DNA of 64,000 bases from an uncultured Candidatus Saccharibacteria bacterium (GTDB lineage Bacteria; Patescibacteriota; Minisyncoccia; Phycocordibacterales; JAKAEA01), in contig CAZHGQ010000005.1 in the NCBI GenBank assembly GCA_964532205.1, forward strand, positions 1,520-65,519. The letters are read 5' to 3'. The notes beneath the pieces were generated by a model. The model had not been told where the DNA came from. It ran no database searches and saw only the letters and a list, made by a program, of their open reading frames with translations. Below, piece after piece: positions 1-7,369 of the stretch (the stretch's first letter is position 1; each line of letters begins with the position of its first letter). The position numbers were made by a program, and so were the translations under genes.

Positions 1-66
1 TTCCCACGAGAACTTTCAGAAAAAGGTTTTCAGTCAGTTATTTCATTAGCTCCTGAAGTAGTATAA
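1..66 (+). CDS. rplN: 50S ribosomal protein L14, C-terminal fragment
   Basis: Frame 1 reads FPRELSEKGFQSVISLAPEVV*, the L14 C-terminus, directly before L24. Confidence 0.93.
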   Translation, partial: FPRELSEKGFQSVISLAPEVV

Positions 67-71
67 ACGTT

Positions 72-290
72 ATGAATATCAAGAAAGGCGACAACATCAT
101 AGTGCTCTCGGGTAAGGACAAGGGCAAGAAAGGCCAGGTAGTTAAGGCATTTCCAAAACTCAACAAAGTAATTATTGAGGGTGTTAACATGCGCAAGCGC
201 CACAAGCGTTCAACACGCCAGGGTGCTAAGGGTACAATCGTCGACATTGCACATCCAATTGATGCTTCAAACGTCCGCAAAGATAAATAA
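72..290 (+). CDS. rplX: 50S ribosomal protein L24 (short form)
   Basis: KOW motif IKKGDNIIVLSGKDKGKKG; spc operon order. Confidence 0.96.
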   Translation: MNIKKGDNIIVLSGKDKGKKGQVVKAFPKLNKVIIEGVNMRKRHKRSTRQGAKGTIVDIAHPIDASNVRKDK

Positions 291-291
291 C

Positions 292-831
292 ATGCAATCA
301 GTAAAAGAAAAAAATAATAAGTCATTCGAAAACTTGAAGTCTCAGTTGGGTTTCAAGAATAAGATGCAGGCACCTCGCTTGGTGAAAGTAATTGTTTCAT
401 CAGGTGTTGGTTCTATCAAAGACAAAAAGCGCATCGAGCTCATCAGCAAGCGTATTGCTGAAATCACTGGTCAGAAAGCTGCACCTCGCGGCGCTAAGCA
501 GTCCATCTCAAACTTCAAAACCCGTCAGGGTGATGTTGTTGGCTACCAGGTAACCCTCCGTGGTCAGCGCATGTATGATTTCCTCGATCGTTTGCTCAAT
601 GTGGCTTTGCCTCGTACTCGTGACTTCCGCGGTATTTCGGCTAAGTCTGTTGATGACGTGGGCAATTACAGCCTCGGCATCAAGGAACACACTGTGTTCC
701 CAGAGACAGCCGACGAAGATATCAAGGATGTTTTCGGGGTAGGGATTACGGTTGTAACCACGTCGAAAGACAAAAAGGTAACCAAAGCCTTCTTGGAATA
801 CCTTGGTTTTCCGTTCAAAAAGGCAGAATAG
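292..831 (+). CDS. rplE: 50S ribosomal protein L5
   Basis: ITGQK, VTLRG, ALPRTRDFRG motifs; ATG at 292 just after rplX stop. Confidence 0.97.
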   Translation: MQSVKEKNNKSFENLKSQLGFKNKMQAPRLVKVIVSSGVGSIKDKKRIELISKRIAEITGQKAAPRGAKQSISNFKTRQGDVVGYQVTLRGQRMYDFLDRLLNVALPRTRDFRGISAKSVDDVGNYSLGIKEHTVFPETADEDIKDVFGVGITVVTTSKDKKVTKAFLEYLGFPFKKAE

Positions 832-852
832 CCTTAGTTTTAGGAGGTTTTA

Positions 853-881
853 TTGACAGTGGCCATTCTTCCTGATAGGAT
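853..881 (+). promoter_or_regulatory. Putative internal sigma70 promoter upstream of rpsN
   Basis: TTGACA-17 nt-TAGGAT in the rplE-rpsN gap. Confidence 0.55.
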
Positions 882-918
882 AGGCCACGAGCTCCGCAAG
901 AGCTTTTTACTTATCATT

Positions 919-1104
919 ATGGCAAAAACATCAACAGTTGCACGATCAAAAAAGACACCGAAATTCGCCAGCCGGGTAGTTCGACGATGTTTTCGTTGTG
1001 GTCGTAAGCGCGGTTACATGCGTGAATTCGATATGTGCCGTATCTGCTTCCGCGAACTTGCCAATGAAGGTATGATCCCGGGTATTAAGAAGTCATCGTG
1101 GTAA
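919..1104 (+). CDS. rpsN: 30S ribosomal protein S14, zinc-binding type
   Basis: 61 aa, CFRCGR...CRICFRELA, ends KSSW. Confidence 0.97.
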   Translation: MAKTSTVARSKKTPKFASRVVRRCFRCGRKRGYMREFDMCRICFRELANEGMIPGIKKSSW

Positions 1105-1107
1105 TTT

Positions 1108-1491
1108 ATGGATACAATTTCTGACCTCATCATCAATATTAAGAACGCCAGCGCTGTTGGTAAAGAAACCACAACCGTGCCGTATTCAAAGCTCAAGGAA
1201 TCGATCCTCGAAGTCTTGTCAGCTGAAGGTTTTATTGCGCCTTTCAAAAAAGCTAAGAAAGATGCACGCACATTGGAAATCGGTTTGGTCTACGATGAAT
1301 ATGGTCCTCGCGTTAAAGGTGTTGAACGTGTTTCAAAACTTTCAAAGCGTCTTTACAGCGATGTGAAGAGTTTGAAACCTGTTAAGAATGGTCATGGTCT
1401 CATGATCCTCACAACTCCAAAGGGTATCATGACTGATGCTCAGGCTCGCAAGGCTAATGTCGGTGGTGAGCTCTTGTTTAAAATCTGGTAA
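1108..1491 (+). CDS. rpsH: 30S ribosomal protein S8
   Basis: DTISDLIINIKNA, ILTTPKGIMT, VGGELL. Confidence 0.97.
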   Translation: MDTISDLIINIKNASAVGKETTTVPYSKLKESILEVLSAEGFIAPFKKAKKDARTLEIGLVYDEYGPRVKGVERVSKLSKRLYSDVKSLKPVKNGHGLMILTTPKGIMTDAQARKANVGGELLFKIW

Positions 1492-1495
1492 TTAT

Positions 1496-2023
1496 ATGTC
1501 ACGAATTGGAAAAAAAATCATAGCGATCCCTGCTAAGACTGAAGTAGCTGTTTCAGGTTCTAAAGTCTCAGTAAAGGGTCCAAAGGGTGCTCTCGAACGC
1601 GAATTCAATTCGTTCGTGACTGTAGCTGTGGCTGACGGTAAGGTTACGGTGACTCCAAAGAATGAAGAGGCTAATGCTCTCTGGGGTTCAGTCGCTTCAC
1701 ATCTTGAAAACATGGTAGAAGGTGTTAACCAGTTGTTCGTTAAGAAATTGATCCTCGAAGGTATTGGCTATAAAGCTGATGTGCGTGGTACAGAATTGGT
1801 TATGGCTTTGGGTTACTCACACCCAGTTCACATGAAAATTCCAACTGGTCTCACAGTTACTTCAGATAAAGGCATTGTGACAATTTCAGGTATCGACAAA
1901 GATGCAGTTGGTCAATTTGCTGCCGAAATCCGCGCTTGGAAAAAGCCTGAACCTTACAAGGGTAAAGGTTTCCGATATGAAGACGAAGTTATTCGCCGCA
2001 AGCAGGGTAAGAAGTCTGTATAG
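1496..2023 (+). CDS. rplF: 50S ribosomal protein L6
   Basis: MSRIGKK start, PEPYKGKG motif. Confidence 0.97.
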   Translation: MSRIGKKIIAIPAKTEVAVSGSKVSVKGPKGALEREFNSFVTVAVADGKVTVTPKNEEANALWGSVASHLENMVEGVNQLFVKKLILEGIGYKADVRGTELVMALGYSHPVHMKIPTGLTVTSDKGIVTISGIDKDAVGQFAAEIRAWKKPEPYKGKGFRYEDEVIRRKQGKKSV

Positions 2024-2026
2024 TAT

Positions 2027-2377
2027 ATGAAAACACGTAATCCAAAAACAGAAAAACGAGAACGACGTCATCGTCGAATCCGCGCTAAGGTTCGTGGTAC
2101 TTCTGACATGCCACGTCTTTCAGTCTATAAGTCAAACAAGTTCATCTATGCTCAGCTCATCAACGATGACGCCGGTGCAACACTTGCCCATGTCTCGACT
2201 GCCGCTGTTTCTGGAAAGGGTTTGGTAGAAAAGGCCAAGCAGGCTGGTGCAGCTTTGGCCAAACTGGCTAAGGCTAAGAACATTACAAAGGTTGTCTTTG
2301 ATCGCGGTGGTTTCATTTACACTGGTCGAATCAAGGCATTGGCAGATGGCGCTCGAGAGGGTGGTCTAACATTTTAA
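2027..2377 (+). CDS. rplR: 50S ribosomal protein L18
   Basis: [24 protein letters not shown]. Confidence 0.97.
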   Translation: MKTRNPKTEKRERRHRRIRAKVRGTSDMPRLSVYKSNKFIYAQLINDDAGATLAHVSTAAVSGKGLVEKAKQAGAALAKLAKAKNITKVVFDRGGFIYTGRIKALADGAREGGLTF

Positions 2378-2382
2378 TATTT

Positions 2383-3000
2383 ATGGCAGAAGAAAACGTA
2401 CAACAGAAAACTCCAGCTCCAGCAGCACCTACAGCACCTCAGCACGCTGGCCCTCGCGCACCTCGTGGTGAATTCCGCAAGAATCCTCGCCGCGCTCCTC
2501 GTTCAGATGCCAAGGTTAAACCTGAATTCGATCAGAAAATTATCGACATTCGTCGTGTGACTCGTGTGGTTTCAGGTGGTCGCCGTTTCAGTTTCTCAGT
2601 TGCTCTTGTAGCCGGGGACAAGAAAGGTTCAGTTGGTGTCGGTATCGGTAAGGCAGGTGATACATCTCTTGCTATCGACAAGGCTTTGAAGAATGCAAAA
2701 AAGCATATGGTCAAAGTGCCTACCACAAAGGACATGTCAATTCCTTACGAAGTTACAGCTAAGTATGCCAGTGCTGTAGTGACTATGGCGCCAAATCCAG
2801 GCCGTGGAGTTGTGGCTGGTAGCTCAGTTCGTACTGTTATCGAATTAGCTGGTATCAAAAATATTGGTGCTAAGCTCCGCTCAGGTTCAAAGAATCGTCT
2901 CAACAATGCTCGTGTAGCGATTGCTGCTTTGAAACAGCTTACTCCTCACCGCCGTGTCCTACTCTCACGCCGAAACGCGTCAACGGTTGAAGCTAAATAA
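2383..3000 (+). CDS. rpsE: 30S ribosomal protein S5
   Basis: RVTRVVSGGRRFSF, VGVGIGKA. Confidence 0.97.
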   Translation: MAEENVQQKTPAPAAPTAPQHAGPRAPRGEFRKNPRRAPRSDAKVKPEFDQKIIDIRRVTRVVSGGRRFSFSVALVAGDKKGSVGVGIGKAGDTSLAIDKALKNAKKHMVKVPTTKDMSIPYEVTAKYASAVVTMAPNPGRGVVAGSSVRTVIELAGIKNIGAKLRSGSKNRLNNARVAIAALKQLTPHRRVLLSRRNASTVEAK

Positions 3001-3010
3001 TTGTAAAACC

Positions 3011-3454
3011 ATGCAGATCAATAATCTCAAAAGAAAAACACCTAATCGCAAGCGCATGATTGTCGCTCGTTGTGGTAAGAGTGGCAAGACAGCGGGCCGT
3101 GGTACGAAGGGTCAGAAGGCGCGTGCTGGTCACAAAATCCGTCCTGAACTTCGCGATATCATTAAGCGAATTCCAAAGATGCGTGGCCGTGGTAAAAATA
3201 GCAACGTATCATTTTACGAAAAGCCAGTTGTACTCAATCTCGATGCTATCGAATTACTCTTTGCTAATGGTGAGACAGTTTCTCGAACAACCCTTATTGA
3301 AAAAGGTCTTGTTTCAATGCGTAATGGTAAAGTGCCAGCCCTAAAGATTCTTGGGGATGGTACACTTACCAAGAAGGTCACAATTAAAGGCCTCCCAGTC
3401 TCACAGTCTGCTAAAGCCAAGATTGAAAAGGCAGGAGGAGTAATCAATGAATAA
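3011..3454 (+). CDS. rplO: 50S ribosomal protein L15
   Basis: GKTAGRGTKGQKARAG, KILGDG, AKAKIEKAGG. Confidence 0.96.
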   Translation: MQINNLKRKTPNRKRMIVARCGKSGKTAGRGTKGQKARAGHKIRPELRDIIKRIPKMRGRGKNSNVSFYEKPVVLNLDAIELLFANGETVSRTTLIEKGLVSMRNGKVPALKILGDGTLTKKVTIKGLPVSQSAKAKIEKAGGVINE

Positions 3455-4718
3455 ATTTTCAGAAAAACTTCGACTCATCCTTGCGGATCGGACTCTCGTT
3501 AAGCGAATTTTTATAACCATAGTTTTGCTCGTTGTCTTCCGACTTCTAGCAGCTATTCCTATTCCTGGTATTGATGCAATTCGCCTCAATCAGCTTTTTA
3601 GTGGCAACCAGTTCCTAGGCTTGCTCAACGTTTTCTCTGGTGGCGGTCTTTCAAACCTGTCGATCGTGATGCTCGGTGTTGGTCCATACATCACGTCAAC
3701 AATTATCATGCAGTTGTTGACGTTACTCTCACCACGTCTCAAGGCTATGTATCAGGAAGAAGGTCAGCTTGGCCGACGTAAGTTTGCTCAATACTCACGC
3801 ATGCTCTCTGTACCTCTGGCTATCTTGCAAGCTTTCGGTTTTCTTATTTTGTTCCAGAAGCAGGGTATTCTCGATCCACTTGGTTCATTTGAACTCATTC
3901 GAAATATTTTGATCGTGACTGCCGGTTCAATCTTCTTGATGTGGCTCGGTGAACGCATCAGCGAATTCGGTATTGGTAATGGCCTCTCGCTTATCATCTT
4001 CGGTGGTATCGTAGCTTCATTCCCACTTTCTGTTGGTCGCCAGATTTATTCATACGATCCATCACAGTTGCCAATGTATTTAGCAATCATTGCCGGTGCT
4101 ATTGTTGTTATCTATGCTGTGGTAGTTATCACTGAAGCTGAACGACCAATTCCCGTAACGTACGCCAAGCAGGTGAGGGGTAATAAAGTCTACGGTGGTG
4201 TTTCAACATATTTGCCATTACGACTCAACCAGGCCGGTGTGATCCCAATTATCTTTGCATTGTCTTTGATGCTTTTCCCTCAAGTTATCTTCGGTTTCTT
4301 GGCCCAGGTTAAGAATGCCACACTAGCCGCATGGGCTCTTAAGGGCGAGCAATTGCTGCAAAATCAGTGGGTCTACAATATTGCTTACTTCTTACTGGTA
4401 TTCGTCTTCACATACTTCTACACAGCGGTAACATTTGATCCAAACAGCATTTCAGAAAATTTGCAGAAGAATGGCGCTTTCATTCCAGGTGTGCGCCCAG
4501 GTCAGTCGACAGCCGCTCACATCTCACGAATTCTGACGCGCCTCACTGCGTTCGGCGCCCTCTTCCTGGCTATCATTGCTATCTTGCCGCTGGTTGTCCG
4601 AGCCACAACTGGTTTCACTTCGGTGGCGATCGGTGGTACTGCATTGCTCATCGTCGTCTCAGTGGTTATCGATTTGATCCGACGTACTGACGCTCAGATC
4701 TCGATGCGGGAGTATTAA
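3447..4718 (+). CDS. secY: Preprotein translocase subunit SecY
   Basis: LGVGPYIT, GIGNGLSLII, FIPGVRPG, GGTALLIVV. Confidence 0.98.
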   Translation: MNKFSEKLRLILADRTLVKRIFITIVLLVVFRLLAAIPIPGIDAIRLNQLFSGNQFLGLLNVFSGGGLSNLSIVMLGVGPYITSTIIMQLLTLLSPRLKAMYQEEGQLGRRKFAQYSRMLSVPLAILQAFGFLILFQKQGILDPLGSFELIRNILIVTAGSIFLMWLGERISEFGIGNGLSLIIFGGIVASFPLSVGRQIYSYDPSQLPMYLAIIAGAIVVIYAVVVITEAERPIPVTYAKQVRGNKVYGGVSTYLPLRLNQAGVIPIIFALSLMLFPQVIFGFLAQVKNATLAAWALKGEQLLQNQWVYNIAYFLLVFVFTYFYTAVTFDPNSISENLQKNGAFIPGVRPGQSTAAHISRILTRLTAFGALFLAIIAILPLVVRATTGFTSVAIGGTALLIVVSVVIDLIRRTDAQISMREY

Positions 4719-4736
4719 AATTTTGATTATAAAAAG

Positions 4737-4767
4737 AAAAACACCTCAACTTGTGGGGTGTTTTTTT
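4737..4767. terminator. Bidirectional intrinsic terminator
   Basis: AAAAACACCTCA-loop-TGGGGTGTTTTTTT between convergent secY and MarR-like gene. Confidence 0.75.
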
Positions 4768-4776
4768 GTTTGAGAA

Positions 4777-5103
4777 CTAGAAATAATCTTGAACTGCATC
4801 GGTAAATTTTTTTGCTAGATTTTTTCCTTTGCTAGTGAGGGTAATAATGTGGGACCGAGCATCCTGCTTGCACATGGTACGAATAGCAAATCCCTTTTGG
4901 ATGAGTCGTCTGATATGTGTGCTCGCAGTATTGTGTGGAATCTCCAAGGTGTTGCACATCAACTTGACCCGGCACGAACCATCAAGATGGAAAACCAGCA
5001 ACAATATGACTGCCTCACGAAGTGATAGGCTGTGTTTTGTCGAAAGTAGCATAACGTCGGCCATTGTGCAGTAGAGAAGTTTTGCTTGCAACTGAGGATC
5101 CAT
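4777..5103 (-). CDS. MarR-family winged-helix transcriptional regulator
   Basis: LSLREAVILL, TASTHIRRLIQKGF, DARSHIITLTSKG; GGGAG 6 nt before ATG at 5103. Confidence 0.8.
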   Translation of the reverse strand: MDPQLQAKLLYCTMADVMLLSTKHSLSLREAVILLLVFHLDGSCRVKLMCNTLEIPHNTASTHIRRLIQKGFAIRTMCKQDARSHIITLTSKGKNLAKKFTDAVQDYF

Positions 5104-5180
5104 AGCGTCTCCCAAAGAACGAGTCGTTAAATAAAACTTTGCAAACATTACCACGTATTTAGAAACATACAAGTAGACGT

Positions 5181-5211
5181 AAAAAGCCGCTGGATGAAAT
5201 CCAGCGGCTTT
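5181..5211 (-). terminator. Intrinsic terminator after Flp-like pair
   Basis: Perfect stem AAAGCCGCTGGA/TCCAGCGGCTTT, with a T-run on the minus strand. Confidence 0.8.
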
Positions 5212-5223
5212 GGTTTTTGGGTG

Positions 5224-5346
5224 TCAGCCACTTATTAACATTACACAGATTGCGAATACTACTAATGCTACTGCCAGTAGGCCGGCAATCAAAGCGTATT
5301 CGATAGTGTCACTGTTAATCCCACACCGTTTCCAGAAAGAACTCAT
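5224..5346 (-). CDS. Flp-like pilin peptide (40 aa), absent from the ORF track
   Basis: MSSFWKRCGINSDTIEYALIAGLLAVALVVFAICVMLISG; EYALI motif plus hydrophobic helix; SD AAGGAG. Confidence 0.72.
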   Translation of the reverse strand: MSSFWKRCGINSDTIEYALIAGLLAVALVVFAICVMLISG

Positions 5347-5366
5347 GTTTCTCCTTGTGTTCGTTG

Positions 5367-5531
5367 TTATCGATCGTTCTGTTGGATGGTCTGCGTAGAG
5401 TGCTGATTCAGGATTTTCCGACCTACGGTCAGATAAACCGCCAAAAGGGCAACGGCCACTAGGCCGAGAATCAGTGCGTACTCAAGGATTTCTCCTCCCC
5501 AGGGCCGCATCTTTGGACGGTAATTGGTCAT
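5367..5531 (-). CDS. Flp family pilin (54 aa), absent from the ORF track
   Basis: MTNYRPKMRPWG|GEILEYALILGLVAVALLAVYLTVG...; G-1, E+5, Y+6 Flp motif; SD AAAGGA. Confidence 0.8.
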   Translation of the reverse strand: MTNYRPKMRPWGGEILEYALILGLVAVALLAVYLTVGRKILNQHSTQTIQQNDR

Positions 5532-5557
5532 AAGTTCCTTTCGTTTAGTCTGCTAGT

Positions 5558-5587
5558 ATTATAGCATATATATAGCCTATGTGTCAA
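5558..5587 (-). promoter_or_regulatory. Consensus sigma70 promoter for the Flp-like pair
   Basis: TTGACA-18 nt-TATAAT with extended -10 TG on the minus strand. Confidence 0.75.
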
Positions 5588-5628
5588 GGACTATAATAGG
5601 GCCTAAAAATAGGGTATTATGGCCATAT

Positions 5629-6219
5629 ATGAAACCTCAAACATTCATCTTTTTCGGTCGTTCAGGCTGTGGCAAAGGCACTCAAGCCCAGCTTATAATG
5701 GACCGTCTGCACAAGGCAGATCCTAGTCATAAAGTCATTTATATCGAGTCAGGTGCCAAATTACGTGAGTTTGCGGATGAGGTCGGCCTCTCAGCAGAAT
5801 TGACTCGCGATACCATGGCTAAAGGCGGTTTATTGCCTTCATTTATTCCAATCTGGATTTGGGCTAATACCTTCGTGCGTCACATGACGGGCGCTGAGCA
5901 CGTGGTCATGGATGGTCTGTCACGCCGTATTTATGAAGCGCCAGTTTTGGATGATGCGCTCAAGTTTTATAAGCGCGAGCAGCCGATTGTGATTTCTATG
6001 GAAGTTAGCCGCGACTGGTCGCGCAATCGGCTGCTCGCGCGTGGCCGAGCCGACGACAATAAGCAAGACATTGAAGAGCGCCTAAACTGGTACGATGAAA
6101 ATGTTTTGCCAACAATTGAATACTTTAAAACAAATCCGTACTACAAATTTATCAGCGTAAATGGCGAACAGTCTATAGAACAGGTTGCTGAAGAAATTAA
6201 AGCCAAAACCGGAATTTAA
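5629..6219 (+). CDS. adk: Adenylate kinase family nucleoside monophosphate kinase
   Basis: P-loop GRSGCGKGTQA, RGRADD; located between secY and map. Confidence 0.9.
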   Translation: MKPQTFIFFGRSGCGKGTQAQLIMDRLHKADPSHKVIYIESGAKLREFADEVGLSAELTRDTMAKGGLLPSFIPIWIWANTFVRHMTGAEHVVMDGLSRRIYEAPVLDDALKFYKREQPIVISMEVSRDWSRNRLLARGRADDNKQDIEERLNWYDENVLPTIEYFKTNPYYKFISVNGEQSIEQVAEEIKAKTGI

Positions 6220-6983
6220 TGGTTACGATTAAGACAAAAGAAGAAATTGAAATATTGCGTGAGGGCGGGAAGCGCCTGGCGCGGATTTTGGCCGCCGTCG
6301 CGGCTGAGGCTAAGGCGGGTGTATCTGCTGATGTCCTCGATAAGTTAGCTGAAAAACTCATCCGCGATGGCGGTGACACCCCAGCCTTTCTCGGTCACAA
6401 AGGCAAAACAGAAAAAGTGGGCTACCCAGCTTCATTGTGTGTATCAGTCAATGATGAAGTTGTGCATGGTTTGCCGCTTAAATCAAAAGTTTTTAAAGAT
6501 GGTGACGTAGTTGGTCTTGATCTCGGTCTTATTCACAAAGGCCTTTACACCGATCATGCTGTGACTGTTGCTATTGGCGATATTTCACCTGAGGTCAAGA
6601 CATTACTGGAAATGACCAAGAAAGCACTTAATGTTGGCATTAAAGCTGCAAAGCCCGGCAAGAAAACAGGTGATGTCGGCTGGGCGATAGAGCAAGCAGT
6701 GCGCGGTCATAACTACGGCATCATTGAAGAATTGTCTGGCCACGGCGTAGGTTATGCTGTGCACGAAGATCCGTTTGTGCCAAACTTTGGCGTCAAAAAT
6801 GAAGGTGTAGAGCTCAAGCCAGGTATGGTCATAGCCATTGAGCCAATGTTTACACTTGGCTCTGCGGATATTGAAATCGGCAAAGATGGTTATGCGTATC
6901 GTACCGTTGATGGTTCAATCGGTGCGCATTTTGAACATACGATTGTGATTACGGAAAAAGGTTCTGAAATTTTGACACAATAG
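6219..6983 (+). CDS. map: Methionine aminopeptidase type I
   Basis: SVNDEVVHG, GHGVG, HEDP, AIEPM, AHFEHT. Confidence 0.97.
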   Translation: MVTIKTKEEIEILREGGKRLARILAAVAAEAKAGVSADVLDKLAEKLIRDGGDTPAFLGHKGKTEKVGYPASLCVSVNDEVVHGLPLKSKVFKDGDVVGLDLGLIHKGLYTDHAVTVAIGDISPEVKTLLEMTKKALNVGIKAAKPGKKTGDVGWAIEQAVRGHNYGIIEELSGHGVGYAVHEDPFVPNFGVKNEGVELKPGMVIAIEPMFTLGSADIEIGKDGYAYRTVDGSIGAHFEHTIVITEKGSEILTQ

Positions 6984-6994
6984 TAGGATCAAGA

Positions 6995-7285
6995 TATATC
7001 AAAGCTGATATTGTTATAAAGAGAAACCGGCAAGGTAGGCGACCTACCTTGCCGGTTTTTTGCTACTATATCCAATCTGATATAAAGTTCGATGTTTGCC
7101 AGAACAGTCTCATACTTAGAGTATTTTCTATTGGCAATTTCATTTCGACTACCGCTCTTTAAAGCAATAAATTATAAATATATCGATTTGGATATAATGA
7201 CCAAAATCAGAAAAGTCGTGTGTCCGGACTTTATTTGAAAACACCTTTTTATATCAACAAAGATACCTATATCAAATTTGATATA
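6995..7285. repeat. Array of five TATATC-N6-GATAT(A)-type palindromes
   Basis: Copies start at 6995, 7067, 7179, 7250 (right arm GATACC) and 7268. Confidence 0.8.
7024..7061 (+). terminator. Intrinsic terminator after map
   Basis: AAACCGGCAAGGTAGG-CGA-CCTACCTTGCCGGTTTTTT. Confidence 0.8.
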
Positions 7286-7369
7286 GTCAGCGCTCTGGAC
7301 AGGCTTACTAATTGTTTAATACAAATTATCCCTACGAACAGACATAGTACTGTTGTATAATGGCTCTAT

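Noticed and set aside
3059-3090. L15 reads VARCGKSGKT instead of the usual VGRGGKRGKT
   Set aside because: Three clustered single-base differences could be consensus errors; cannot be judged without reads
6995-7285. Repeat cluster considered as a CRISPR array
   Set aside because: Units are 18 bp with variable centres and irregular spacing; no cas genes
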